NCBI GenBank assembly: GCA_051294375.1
Contig: CM119271.1
Location: 9,501,308 to 9,565,307 of the forward strand
Reading direction: 5' to 3'
DNA length: 64,000 bases
DNA from: Paraspadella gotoi
Taxonomy: Eukaryota > Animalia > Chaetognatha
In this document: positions 1-14,400 of the stretch, piece by piece
Layout: every line of letters starts with the position of its first letter
How positions within the stretch are numbered: the first letter of the stretch is position 1
Notes under the pieces: generated by a model
Told to the model about the DNA's origin: nothing
The model's database searches: none
Seen by the model: only the letters and a program-made list of their open reading frames with translations
Position numbers and translations under genes: made by a program

Positions 1-210
1 TCGTTGGCAATGGCCGCGTGCAATTCCCCCAGTTGGCGAGAGCAGGTATCTAACGCCTCCTCATAGGCGACTCGACTCCGCTCCGCACTTGCCGCAATCG
101 ATTGAAAAGCTGCCACAATATCACGTGACGCAGCTCCCATGACACTCTCTCAATTGCAACCTCGCTCAATAGACTTCCAATATGGAATAGACGCCTTCAC
201 ATGGTTTTCA
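1..210 (-). CDS. Possible coding exon running off the window start
   Basis: Acceptor-like TTTTTCAG near 211 and a helical-looking frame MGAASRDIVAAFQSIAASAERSRVAYEEALDTCSRQLGELHAAIAN; no family recognised. Confidence 0.3.
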
Positions 211-2422
211 CTGAAAAACACTTTCGTGCAAAAGCGTCTATTTAGGGTCTGCAGCGTTTGTGATTGTGATTATATCTGTTTGTGGTTTTGAGTTTTTAAA
301 GCATGATTTATCTTGATTGAAAACTGGTAAGTTTTTTTTTGTTTTTTTTTTTTTTTTCTGAAAAGAAAACAGAGCAAACAAATAATTGCGGGAATGGTTG
401 CAAAAATATCTTATGTCAACAATAAACGAGAACAAATAAGGGGAAGATAAAAATGAAAAAGAAGAAGAGATCGGGAGACAAAGTCAAGCAACTCCGTCCA
501 CATGAGACGGCAACTCAATCACGGGACTTCGGGAAGCGAGCAGGTCCCCGTTCTCGCGCTGAAGGCAGACAGAAAGTCTCTCAAAAAAGTGAGTAAGTTG
601 GGAATGAAAAAGAAATTAAAGTAATTTTAGTCTTTTTCAATTTTTGTCAGTTGAATGTTTGAATTAATGAATGCTTATTTAATAGTTAATCCGTCAGAAA
701 CGTCTGAAACGGCCTCCAAAATATATCCCGCTTGTTGCTTTGGCTTAATACGACGAGAATAATAAACTCAAGTTGGGAAAGAAAATAGAACTACAATGAG
801 CTGTTTACTCTATACAGTTACTCTTTATTTATGAATTTCATTTTTTTTCTTCGTCTCGACGTAGATGGCCTGCCATTACATTCAGATAAACGTTAACAGC
901 CAGAATTAACCCAAAACCGCAAACGAGTGTCGCCCGAATTCGCCTCCTCCCTTTCGAAAATTAAATAATCATGATCGTCACAAATTTGAATTTCCTCGCA
1001 AAAACTTTAAATATTTCTCAGAACGACGACGACGACGACGACGAACCTAAAATTACCCAGAAACGGAGAAATCAAAAAGGCAAAAAAGAAAGAAAGATTT
1101 TCATGAAAGAATTCGCGATTGACTTGAGATCGACACCCACAGAAATAAAATTGGAAACCACTTTTCTTATGCATGCGTCAAGACGAAAGAAACTTCAGCT
1201 TTCTTTTTTTTTTATTTTCTTTTTTTTTTTAAGCCGGTGACATTTTGGGTTTTGTGTCTCGGGATTTTTCTGAAAAGAGAATCGGTAGTTGTCTTGAATC
1301 TTCGGAAACAACCTCAGGTTGTTTGAAATGTTGGACATATATTGTTGTATATATTTTAGGATGTTCGGTACAAGCCAGTGCAACGACTGATTTTTTGAAA
1401 GCTAAACGCGACGCGACATCCCAGAGTTTCATAAGAAACGACAGAATTTAAATTAATAAATCAAGAGATCAACTTCAAGTAGTATTAAACTTTCTTTTTC
1501 AACCACAGGTACATCATTAACGGATCCAAAGTTAAAATTCTGTCGAAATTTATCTCATTCTTCTTCTATGTACTGCTTTGAAATTCCAAAATTGCCTAAA
1601 TATGTCGTAAGACATAAATGGTTTTTTAGGCATACTTCTCACTTTGATCATACAAACACCTTGACCCCAAATTAAATTGGCCGCCATTCAATTTCTTAAC
1701 ACCGACGCAGCCAACTTTTTTTTATTAAAAAAAAAATTAAATCTGTTAATTGAAATCGTGAATTTTATTCTCTCACTCGCCCCAGTTCGTGAAATATTTC
1801 TGCTGTGAATGTTTCTCAACCAGGATTTCTCCTTTTTTTTTATTTCACGAAAACCCCAAACGAAAAACTTTCACTAAAACCGTTTCGTGACGAATGAGAA
1901 AGAATCTAGTGATACATAATTAAAGAGCATATCCGTTAACGTCAGCCATTTTTTTTTCGCCGACATTTGAGATTTACGAATTGATTTAAAACATCACGCA
2001 TAATTTAATGAACGTTTTTTTCAGTTTTCAGTTTTCCGAGAGAGAGAGACAGAGACAGAGACACGCGAGCGTACGTCATCAAAAATTGCCGCTTTGCGTT
2101 CACAATCGAAACTCGAAATCCGCCTCCTTTAAAATATATTTCTTAAAAAAATGTTTTAAATGCATTAAAATCAAAGTACTTTCTATTTATTCTAAGAATC
2201 AATTGACATGACTTTTACTCTTAAATTCTTCGGCCACAAGAACCCAATTTTCTGCAATCCCTGCAATTGTTTTTTGACCTCTTCCATCAGCCTGCCCTTT
2301 TTTTCCTCTGGCTTCCTCGTGTCCACTTCAATCTCTATATTCCACGAGAAAAGAAGGGTTTTCGGCTTTTTGCCTTTCTTTAAACTCACTCTCCTCTCTC
2401 TCTCTCTCCTCCTCTCCTCTCT

Positions 2423-2470
<48 letters not shown>

Positions 2471-2572
2471 CGCAAGAAAACGAGAAAAAGCAAAGGCGTC
2501 TCAACGTACAGCGACCTCGACGCTGCAGCGCCGCAGGAGCAGCAGCCGTGTCCACCTCAATCTCTCTCTCTC

Positions 2573-2613
<41 letters not shown>

Positions 2614-3425
2614 TCTCTCTCTCTCTTCTCTGCTCCTCTCTCCCTCGACCAAAAAGCAGAGAAAGAGAGAGCAGCCTCATTCGGAGCGAACTAGTGTCGG
2701 CCCTTTCGAACGGAACTAGTGTGGTTGAAGGGAAAACGCGGCCGGAAGGCAGCAGCGGCCCCGCAGGGAAACGGCAGGCCGGCGCGGCGGCGCTGAGTCG
2801 GAAATTTATTCCTCGCTTACCCAAATTTTCCCTCGAGCGTAACGAGATAATAAAGCTTTTCTCCGTTAGTTTTATACGATGTTAAAAGTAAACGAATCCA
2901 GACGCCGGCCAGAGAGACCTCCGCAGCCACGACAAAGAAAAGGGGAAGTGACGGTCGAAATAAAAAAAAAAGGAGGATGGCACTCGTCGCCCCTTAAAGT
3001 CGCCGGTTCGAATCCCACCTCGTCAGCTTTTTTTTATTTTATTTTTGAGGGTTAATGATTTTGGCCCAGATCATTTGGCGAATAATGCAGATTCCGATTC
3101 TGTGAATACGAATGCGCACGAGCTCTTGATTCATATTTATACAGATTTATATTAATACGCGCTTTTTTTTTATGTGCCTTCGCTTCATTGATAGCCAAGC
3201 ACTCGGGCAGTGAATAAATTAGACTGTGAGAGTTTTGATTGAAAACTTGTAGGGTCTTGCTATTAGATCTTGTAAGAGAAATACCTAGTGGTCTTAATGC
3301 ACCACAGCCTGTCGACAGACTAGATTGCTTATTTATTGTAGGCATACTGCAGTTCAGCACGGATGCCGCGTTTTTTGTCAAAATCTTCTTGCCCGATTGC
3401 AGCAAGCCGCTTTCCAAACAATTTT

Positions 3426-3467
<42 letters not shown>

Positions 3468-4477
3468 GATCTGTCGATCTTCTCGAGACGCACAGGTAAA
3501 AATTTGACAAGATTTGGCCGAGGTAAAAGTTGGCGATGTTTGTTTTGAGGTTGGCATTTGGAAATTAAAAATTTNNNNNNNNNNGAAAATGCATTGAATG
3601 TATAAAACAGTGGAAAGGAAGAAAGAAAGAGAAAAAGAAAGAAAGAGAAAATATATAAAACATAAAGAGGGCGAAGAGAGAAAGAAAGAGACAGAGAAAA
3701 AGAAAGAAAAAAAAACACCTTATTTTTGGTTGGTTTTTTTGTTGTTGCAAACTTGGAGTACTATTTTCTTCATTAAGTGAATTATAAATACCAGTTGCCC
3801 AGTTCCACTCCAACTCGGAACCACTCAAAATCAGTAAGTCAATCGCTGATTGATTGATTGATTGATTGATTTTTAGCCTCATACCTCTCGATTTCATCTT
3901 TTTGCAATTAACTTTTTAAAAAAAACCAATCATGATTGCCCGGTAGTAATTTAAACTTTATTTAAATTCTCTCGTACTGTTGATCCGGGCGACTCTCTCT
4001 CTCTCTCTCTCTCTCTCTCACTTCTCGCGAACTGATTCGCGCTGCTTCGAGAGTTTTGATTCGCGCGCGTTTTATGTGATGTTTTCATCGTTTGTTATCT
4101 GTTTCGATTTTTGCTGTTTCTTCTTCGTTTTGTTTTCCCCCGTTTCTTTTTTTTTCGACATGGCTGTTTTCTTTACGCTTAGAAGAAAATTTAATACTAA
4201 TACTACACATTTTTCCTGTTTAACTTTCAATGACACGCCATGTATCATATAACCTCAACTAAAGTCCAAAATATTCTTTATCGCTGGTAATTATTTTAAT
4301 CGGTTTTTAAGACTCCGAGCGCCCATTTCAACCGTCGTTGGCAGTCATTGCATTGCAGTCAATCATTTTATCGCGGAGCAGCGATGAATTTTTTTTTTTT
4401 AAATTTTGAGAATATCCTCCGTCTGAAAAATAAAAAGAAGAAAAAAAAACTTGTAGATTGCATGTTTGCTGATGAAT

Positions 4478-4536
<59 letters not shown>

Positions 4537-4985
4537 GCGTGATGAGTACGACCGGCGTTTCGGAAATTGAACCTCGTTTCAATCTCGTTCTCTTTCTGTC
4601 TTTTTTATCTTGCTCTCTCTCTGTCCCTCAATCTCTCTCTTTTTCTCTCTTTGTCTCTCTCTCTCTGTCTCTCTGATACAAAATATTTAAAAAAAAATAA
4701 ATAAAATTACGAAATTTTTTCCGTAAAAAAAAAAAGAATATGAAATATCGCGCATCTAAAAAAATCGGATTCTTCCGTCGGTTTTGGCGTCTCTTCATCT
4801 CTCGTGGCTCCTACGTCTCTCTCTCTCGGTCGCGGTATACGTCTCTCTCTATCTGTTTGTCTCTCCGTCTCTCTTTTACTCTTTTGTTACTTTGTCTCTC
4901 TCTCTCTATCTGTCAGTCTCTCCTTATTTCTGTTACTATTTTGTTACTTTGTCTCTCTTTCGTTATCTTACTTCCTGTCCCGCTG

Positions 4986-5020
<35 letters not shown>

Positions 5021-5737
5021 GGTAAGTGCCTCGGTTGTTTATATCCTCTTCGAGGGCGTGAGCCGCGCGGGGGTGAGGGCGGCCTTGCCTGCCTTTCGGG
5101 CTGCAGTCGACTGCGGGTCCATCAGATGATGTTCGGGCGAGAGGAGTTCTTTGTCTTCGAATGTGGGTTCGACGCGAATATGTAATGTCAAGTATGATGT
5201 TCACACCCGTAGGGCCACAATAATGTTATACTATTTGATCCTTTTCTACCGGTTTCAGGAATTTTCCGGTAGGGCCTGTTTTTTTTTGCGGTTTTGTTGT
5301 GGGTGGTTGCATTACTTCAAAGCTTATGTTCATCGTATTTCTATCTTTCGACTACGGGCATTTTGATTGTTTTGTCGTTGCTTGCTCTTTTTGCTTGCTT
5401 GATTTTCTCGGTTTTCTTTCCAAACCCATTTCAATTTGAAAGACTTTTTTTCCACGAAGCGTGAATCGCCTCTCCAATTTTTTTTATTCGCCTTGCGTGT
5501 GATTGCGTGGGTTCACGACGCGCCAGTTGCGTGCGAAAAAGAAATTAATGCGTTTATCGCCTTCTGAAAAAATGTGATTTATCAACCGAATGCTCTTTTG
5601 TTCGTAGGGATATCGTCGATTCAACTCAATTTGTTCGAATTGGATTGAAGTAATAGGGTCACTCCACTGTACATTGAGTAAAACTCGTTATTTAGAAAAT
5701 CTGGCAGAAACCGAGTCAGCTTAGTTCGGCACATCAT

Positions 5738-5768
<31 letters not shown>

Positions 5769-7029
5769 CCTCTTCTCTCTTCTCTTACTTAGAAAGAAAC
5801 GTTACCAGCTGAGTGAGAAGGGGAGAGAGAGAGATAAGAGAGAAAGCGAGAGACTAGATTGGTTTTCGGATCGTGATCGGTGCAAAATCCGATTTTGACC
5901 CGAGTCCGTTCACCCGATCGATTCGCCGAAACGAATTTCGATCAACGAAACCCGAGTAGCGTGGATTCGTTACGCGATTTGACTCTGAGAAATGTCGATC
6001 CGATACGGTTCGGCGAAGTTTGCCAGGCCGAGGATGAAAAAAAGAAAGAAAAAAAGAAGAAATAAAAATAAGAAATGCTTCTTCGTGGTCGTCGTCTTCG
6101 TCATCGTCTTTTTTTTTTCGATTGGGTAAATTACGCAGTAAGATTATGTTTTTTTTTCTAAAAATATTAACAGCTAAATTTTTAAGTTTTGTTACATGGT
6201 AGTAGTAAGTAGGATTTAAAAATATTACTTCCGGTCTCCATCTCAATCCTTTAATGTTTAAATTGAAGTTTTGTAGATTGTATATAAAAAATAAATGTGT
6301 TAAAATATCCTGACTTGGCTAAGATTTTTATTAAGATTCATCATTGCGTCTCGTTGCGTAATGAAACGAAGCCCAGAACTAAAACCCGGTTAGTAACGCG
6401 AATGACGAATTTGCAAATAAAACTCGGATGACGTAGAAAAGAGATAAATGTTGAAAACTTGTCAAGTTTCGTTTAACAGATTTTTCTCAGAAGTGTCATT
6501 TTTTTTAAAATCAACTCGACCGCTAATTTGTTATTTCATCTCATTTCATCTCATTTCATCTCAAACCGCTGATTTGTTAATTCATCTCATTCTGCTAAAA
6601 AAAATTCGTAGGATTTCATTAAATTGCGATTTTACTCTTTGCTATTTCTCGCAATCATGAAAACTAAATTACTCAAACAAAATGACGATAACATTTATTT
6701 ATTAGTTGCATTTTTTCCCCCTTAATTACTCAAAATCAACTCGGCTTCACGATAAAAATCCCAGAAACTATTTCAAAGTTTTGTTTTCACCGACCATCGC
6801 GTTCCAATCACGCGTGAATTTCACTGAGCGAAAAATCCGAAACTCGATATACAGATATACATATGCGTATTTTTACTCTGAGCATAAAACTTTTGGGATC
6901 TCAATATCGTATTTTCTTTTCTCCCGGGAAAAGAAGTACAGACGACGTTGAACCTAAAAACTTAAATAGTTAAAAAAGAAGAAAAACAAAACAAAAAAAC
7001 TTCACAATCTGGTGACGTAGATAAGAGAT

Positions 7030-7379
7030 TTTTTGTCCTTCTTTTTTTTTTTCTTCTTCTTGGAGGAATTTCTTTTCTGTGAAGTCCGTTGGGAGCGTAA
7101 CGCGCGCGACGTTCTGGCGATACTTCTCTTTGTTTCCTTCCTTTGTTTTTTTGTTATTGTTTCTTGGTCTATTTTTGTTTTTTTTTGTGTGTTTTCCTTT
7201 TTGTTTATTTTTCTTTTTCTTTCTTTCTTTCTTTCTTTTCTTTTTTTCTTTCTCTATTTCTTTCTTTCTTTCTTTTCTCTTTCTTTCTTTTCTCTTTCTT
7301 TCTTCCCTTCTTTCTAAGTTATTTCTTTTATTTATTTTATTCATTCATTCATTCATTCATTCATTTTTATTTCTCTATT

Positions 7380-7426
<47 letters not shown>

Positions 7427-7535
7427 TCTTTCTTTTTTCTTTTTCTTTCTCTATTTTTTTCTTTCTTTCTTTCTAAGTTATTTCTTTATTTATTTATTTT
7501 ATTCATTCATTCATTCATTCTTTTTTTTTTTTATC
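7030..7535. repeat. Pyrimidine-rich (TTTC)n/(ATTC)n low-complexity tract with an internal duplication
   Basis: TTTCTAAGTTATTTCTTT..ATTCATTCATTC occurs twice (~7311, ~7470). Confidence 0.85.
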
Positions 7536-8389
7536 AATTTCTTTTCCATCTCCTTTCCTTAACTTCATTTTTTACAACGCGCGCACTTTTTTCTACAAAA
7601 ACAAAAATATTAAAAAAAAAAAAATCCCCCAAAAAACTACTTGGTTTTTCTCTTTTCGCGATTTATTTATCGTCGGATATTTTTAGTTTTTATACTGCGG
7701 CGGCTGCCNNNNNNNNNNNNNNNNNNNNNNNNNAAAAGAGAGAGGATAATAAAAGATTACGGAAGGATGAGAATGTACGGTTTAATTTTTTTGATTGTTG
7801 TTATTGAGGCAAAAAAAAAAAAAAAAAACGAAAAAAAGAAAAAAAGATAATTATAAACGATCTTGAGTCAAAAAAGAAATAGCGCAACTGAGGAGGAAAA
7901 AAATGGTAAATCGAAAAATAAATTAAGTCTAAGAATTTCAGACGACTAATTCAAGTCGCTATTTATTTATAGGGAGGTAAATATTACGGCTTTTTTTCGC
8001 CTTCGAATTGCACACGAGTAAGTTACCGAGGCACTACCAACAGATTGCTCTTTTCATTTTTAATTTTGGTCTATGAAGCAAAATAATGAAAAGAAACAGA
8101 AAAAAAAACCGGAAACATTTCTAGAAATAGTACTAATATATTAATAATAATAACGTAATCGATGCGATATGATATAAGGAAATAATTAGCGGACCGTCGA
8201 TGCTATAAAACGCGATCGATCCCGGCTTAATCTTGTCGTCGTCGTTGTGGTTTGTTGTTGTTGTTGCAGTTGACAAGCGATCGGGTAAGAGTGTGAATCC
8301 GTGGAAGGTAAGGAAGGGGGGGGGGGGTGTATGTGAAGGAGACAGAGAGACTTTGCCCAGGAGGGAGGGCAAATCCATGATCCTCGGAG

Positions 8390-11300
8390 CAAACGTTAGT
8401 CTGTCTATGGACGCGCAACATCCGCAATCAGCCCGACCTTCCGACTCCATCTTCACCGGTCGGATTGGAGGGAATGCGCGTCGGCTTTGGCATGCCGGTT
8501 CCGATTGGTCGCAATCTCGAGTCTCATGTTGGTCGGAACGAGGCTTGAGCGTCGTCGGGCGTCGCCTCGATCGTACGGCGAATCTGCGGAGAAGGCAGGA
8601 GGAGGAAAATAAACAAAACATAAACCAGTGATGACTTTTTGTTAGCAAATAAATAAAAATTCTTTGGAAAGAGATCTTTTTAACAAGTTTTATTTTGGAA
8701 AAATTACAATATTACCCTTGACTTTGGCGTCGGTGTAGTCGGTTCCACGTTTGGCTCGTTGGTTGGGAAGCGACTTCAGCTGCAAACAATTAGGTTTATT
8801 GTTAAATTTTGTAATGCTTAAAAAATCTCAACTCACAAAAGAGCAAAATTGAAACTTACTTTTCTTGTCGTGTCTTCGACATTTCCTGCGAGGGGCGACA
8901 AAGCCTGAACGACAGAGAGAAGCCAAGAGCCTCTTTCCATTTCTCTGTTTGCGCGTAGAGCTGCCTCCGCGATGTCTGGTAGGAACGTTGCGGATTGTTA
9001 AAAAATATTTGCAGGAAGTAAAACTTAGCTAAATTTACGTTCAGAAATTACGTTTCATGTGTTACACGACAACGCGCTAGATTAGAATAAAAATTCGAAA
9101 TAAATTGTAAAACCGATTGACGAATTACATGCTAAAATCAATCGCTTTCAATTAAGATCTATGATATGAGTCCGTAAATAAGTATTGTTATATAGTATAT
9201 CTAATTATCTATATCAAAATCGAATCTCACTTCAAGAACTGATCCACTTATCGTTCCATCTCCCGCTGCACAGTGTTGAAGCTCTCGACGAAGCACTCGA
9301 AGGCGGGCGGTGAGTGATTCTTGGTGTCGTAGAGTCCGATTTGGAGGAGACACCTGTCGACGGGTATGAGAGGATTTAAGATGAAATTGGGATAAGGATC
9401 GGCTGATAATTAATCAACAAAAAAAAAATCTATTGAAGGATAAATAAAGTTTTGGCGCTTCATTCGTTTCATAATTTAAACTGCTCTTGACATCCGCTTT
9501 TACAAAAAGAATCTTTCAAAATCATATTAATCGCATATTACAGTAAAACGAGAGAACCAAATTTTCTTTTTGGGCCTGGGTTATTGAAAGAAGCGAAAAC
9601 TAAGCATGAAATTTAATTATTAATCATAAGTAGAATGCATCAAAACGAAATAAAAGAAATTTGCCTCACAATTAAACAACTCACGTTAGATGCAAATTCA
9701 CGGCGTTCGATCGCGGCCAGCGTCGCCGCGGCCAATCGTCGCGTCAGCCGCCCGGGCCACGGGCCGCATCCGCCTGCGCCTCCGCCGCTCGTTCGAACGA
9801 ATTCGCCCTGGCGTACTGCGCTGTTCGACGGCGTCGAGCGGCGTGCCGGCATCGCAGCGACGAAGGAGTGCCGATTGGAGAGTAGCGGTGCTGATGAGCG
9901 GCGGCTGAGTTGTGGGTGGCGGAAGATTCGAGTCGGGGGCGAAAGTCCTCTTCGTGAATGGATGAAGGTGAGGCGGCGGAAAATGGCGGGCGGGGCGGCG
10001 AAGTAGTGTAAGATGCTGAGGGTTGTTTCAATTTAAAATAATTGATACAATTGATAAAAATGTACATTGATACATAAACTTCATTTAATTTATCCAAAAA
10101 AAAATTTAGTTATAATATAATTTTATTATTGGCTCTCCGTAAATATTACAAATGAATTTCAAAAAGGAAATCCAATTGGCGTTTTATTCACAACGCGCTC
10201 ACAATCACCAATCGAAATTCTACACCGAATCATTGTCTAAGGGAACAACATCCAGGCGTAGTCATCCCAGTTCTAATTTACTAATCCTCTGTTTGATAGC
10301 TAGACCTCCAGTAACCGGCGCCAGTTAACGGACCTCACTGAGACTCACTCCAGGCTCCAGTGAGCTGCGCCTCCAGGCACTACAAGTCAACCCGCTGTTG
10401 ATAATACATTGTTTTTATTTAAACGAAAATATGCAATTCAATTAAAAGGTCAATTTTCTATTGATGTTCGAAAATATCCCCGCACAATACACTGCTCGCT
10501 GCGTGTGCTCCCACCTGTGCATAAGTAGTCTTGGAGGGTCCAGGTCGAGACTGAAGGAGAGAGTCGAGGAGCCGTTGCTTTCTTCACTGAGGCGGACGGC
10601 TTTCGGAGATGGCATCGCCTCGGGGTTAGCCGTTCCGGGGTGCAAGGTATTCCGAGGCAAGAAGGAGGGTTTTCCTGGAGGTAGGGTTCGTGAAGGAGAG
10701 GTAAGACGGGAAATGAATCAGGGATTAGATAAAATACAATTTATACAATTGAACAGTTTCTTAAAATATCGTATCGATCATCCAATAGGGGAGACATCTG
10801 CTCTTGGGAGTTAATAAACTAGATTAGTGAAGAAATAGTTAATCTTTTTTTTTCTTTTAAACGAAAAACAACGTTAATAAAAAGTTCAACAGATAATGCG
10901 TAAAAAACAAAAACATATAATATGAAAACAAGAACACAAAAACAAAAATATTAAAGCATAAGTGAAACGATGATGAGCAAAAACAAATAAACTAAACATT
11001 AGAAAAGTATTTAATGCATATATGTTTAAGGGCCAGAGGGACCACAATGTTTAATCTTTGTAGTGGAGCCTTTCAGGCTTAACGTACATTTTATTAAAGT
11101 GGAAAAAGATAAAATCAGGCGAGAGAAAATGATTTATGATTTAGAGTTTTAAGATCAGGTGGTTTTCACGAAGCTGATAAGCTTTTTGTCAAAGTAAAAC
11201 GAAGAAACGGAAATAAAATAAATAAATAATAAATTTCAAAAAAAAATATTATTAAACGTATTTTGTTGCCGAGAATGATGAACTTAAAGTAAATCATAGA

Positions 11301-11431
11301 AGAAAATGTTATCCGCAAAAAGAGATTTCCGCTCATCCGCGGGTGATTCGATTGCAGGTAATGTTTTTTAACCTGAAGATTTGTGAGGTGAGGGAGAATG
11401 TGAGACAAGAGAGAGACCAGAGAGTAGAGAG

Positions 11432-11489
<58 letters not shown>

Positions 11490-14400
11490 TTAAAAGTAAG
11501 CCATCATAATTGAGGGAAAGGACAGTGATTCAGAGGTGAAGAAGTTTTCAGTTTTAGGGGACCGAGTGAGTGAGATTGTGAAAAGAAAAGAAGAAAAATG
11601 AAATTCGAAGTGAAGGCCATGAATGAGAGGGATGAATTTTAAGGTCAAGGTAAGGTTAAATGTAATGTCCCACTAATTGTACGATCCAAGCCAAGGTAAT
11701 ATATATTTATATTATATATATATATATCTCTTCGATACACGAGACAGTCCGTCAAATTTAAACCGCGAAACCGTTCCCGACTTTTCAAATCCCAACCCTG
11801 CGGCGGCGGCAGCGGCTGAAGCGGCGGCGGCGGCTGAAGGCGGCGATGGCGGCCGAGTGGCAAGTGGCAGCAAAGAGATTGAGACCGGCGTCGGGTATTA
11901 CGGCTGCTGGGGCGTCGGCCGCGGCGGGTCGGCTGAGACGAAAGTCGGCGCGGCGTCGGCCTGGTGCTGAGAGTGATGGAGGTGAGGTCGTGGCGGCGTC
12001 GGCGAGCCGACTGCCGGCCGCGCCCGCCGCGGGAGAACGGCGCGTCTCGACAGTGACGACGCCGCCGCCGACGCCGCGGGGCTGCTGGCTGAGAGAGGAG
12101 GATGAGCGAAAGGGCGATGGAGTTGTTGCCTGTGGTGAGAGGAGGAGCTGTAAGTGTGGGCGCAGGCGGGCGATATGGTGCCGTTCGTCGTCACGCGTCA
12201 ACTTCCCGACCGATAGGGGGCGAAGACGTTCTCCACGGAGGATGACTTCGGCGCGCGCGGACGTATGACGCCGCGGTCTTCCGTGCAGGCGCCTGGCGCC
12301 ACTTGGGTGAGAGGAAGTGAAAAGAGGCGAGAGGTAAAGTTTTCTCGTTGTTTTCGGAATATGAAACGCGGCCGAGGGTAGGACTACCGGAACGGGGCAA
12401 TGTTGACGTTTCAGAAAGTTTCTTCTCGTGAAATTCGACGGTGGCTCCGTCTTACGTCTGCCGCTGAAATCGATCGAACAATCAATCACTTGAAAAAAAA
12501 TCAATCGATCAATAAAATTAAACAATCAAGTCTGTGCGCCATCAGTCAATCAATCTTTCGATCGACTTTTTAATCGAATATTTAAGACAACTAATTAAGG
12601 GGAACAAAAAAAACAATAAAATTGAAATAAAATATCCATCGAAATCAATTCAACCTTTATTTAAACCCTTGCCTATAGGCGGCGAAAAGACGTAGGCGAA
12701 TCTGCTGCGAACGCTGCGCGGCTGGGGGGCGGGCGGAGGGGCGGAATATTTTGATGGCGGAGAGTAGAGGGCTTTGGGGATGTTTGGGGAAGATGGCGAG
12801 AGTTTTCGGGGCGGCAGACTTCCTTAGATTTGGAAAAAAAAAAAAAAAAAGAATCGGTTCATTCAATGTGATGCGGTCGCAGTGACTTTATTTTTCACAA
12901 GTGTATTTTACTAATAATCACTGACATGACATGAATGAATTAAACTTTCTTAGCCTGTGGTATTTAGACACGCACCGCATCGGAAAATCCGTCTTTTGTT
13001 TCTTAATGTTATGGATTTCCCGAAGGCGGCGCTAGCAGTACACTTAAATTTGAGGGAATTTGTTTGTATCTTTCTTAACAATTACAGGCGAGTTTAATGA
13101 AAATTTTTAACGAAGTGGGGAAAGACTGGACGAGACAGAATACCGACCCACCGACCGAGTACTGCGCGGGATATGGTGGACTAAAATCCACCAACCATTC
13201 ATACAGCGGCCATGGTGCCAGAGGCAAGTCATCGTCCTCCCCAACCCAAAGGTCAGGGGTTCTAGCCCGGTGGGTCCGTCTGGCAGTTAAGAGGGACGGC
13301 GGCGCTTAACCCGCCTATAACATGGTGTTACAGCCTGAATCCGAAGCTCAGGGTCTGCTTATATTGAACGGTTCTGTCACTAACATACAACAATCAATTA
13401 CTGTCTCTTCGAGGAAACAAAAAAAAGGTTGAAAGCGTTTAGAGCGGTAGGTAAGTTAAACTTTACCCCGGTTCGCGCCTGGTAAAGCGATGACTTCCTC
13501 GTGTCCCGACCCTGCGTGTCCGAGCTCAAGTTGTCTGGAAAAACGTGTCGTTGCGCTCCACCTTTGATGATGATTAAACAAATTAAGCAATCGAACAATC
13601 ATTTATTCTATAACAATCAAACAGACAATCACTCACTCTTTTTATCAATTAACAATTCAATCTAATTAATGACCCAACAAGCATTCGATCAATGAAGAAA
13701 ATCAATGAAGCACTTAAATCATAGTGCCACTCAACAACCTTTAATTTAATCTTCTATCAATCTTAGATTAATGACATTAATAGTATCCGCCCCACTTAGC
13801 AATTATTTATCAAAGTAAACAGTTAGAACGCGCCAACGAAAAAAATGCTTAAAAAGAATAGGATTGAGCGCGACATCAATGATGACCAAATATTGAAGCG
13901 ATAGTAACATAAAGGATTGGTTTCGATGATAACAAATGATTGATGCCGAGGATAACGCAAATTGTTACGATGATAAACAATAATTGATGGTTAGCAGAAT
14001 AATTTGTGGTTCATTTCAAATTAGATTAAGTTCTTTCAATCTCATTTACATATTGTAGTAGTTTAGACGCATTTCTCATATCTTTGATAACCAGTTTTTC
14101 ATAGTAAGTCTTATTTACACGTTTGGCAAATAGTTTTGATGGGGTTTAATAGTGGAATTAGTTTTCCAATTATTATTCAAATATTTCATAGTAAGTATTG
14201 TTGCTTATAATAAATGGAAGTATTTTTCTTAGTTCTGCGGAAGACTGGCTCATGTTTGATAGAAGATTGTTATCGCAAAAAGCGCTAGCTAATGAATCAG
14301 TTAGGATTTCAGGGTCGGTTCTGAACCACTATGCCCTTTTCTACTTTACCAACTTACAATATAATAATCCATTATGTATCTTGTTGTAATAATAACAATA

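Noticed and set aside
2738-2782. SRP RNA (CCGGAAGG.AGCAGC resembles helix 8)
   Set aside because: Short match only; the surrounding helices and Alu domain could not be built.
3005-3025. tRNA-Ser gene
   Set aside because: Only a 3' fragment is present; there is no matching 5' half.
5040-5215. GC-rich island as a coding exon
   Set aside because: No recognisable protein and no convincing splice-site pair.
2208-7850. Many ORFs rich in RERERE, SLSLSL or FFLS (also 18163-18736, 22545-25232, 61361-62210)
   Set aside because: They are translations of (GA/CT)n and (TTTC)n microsatellites.
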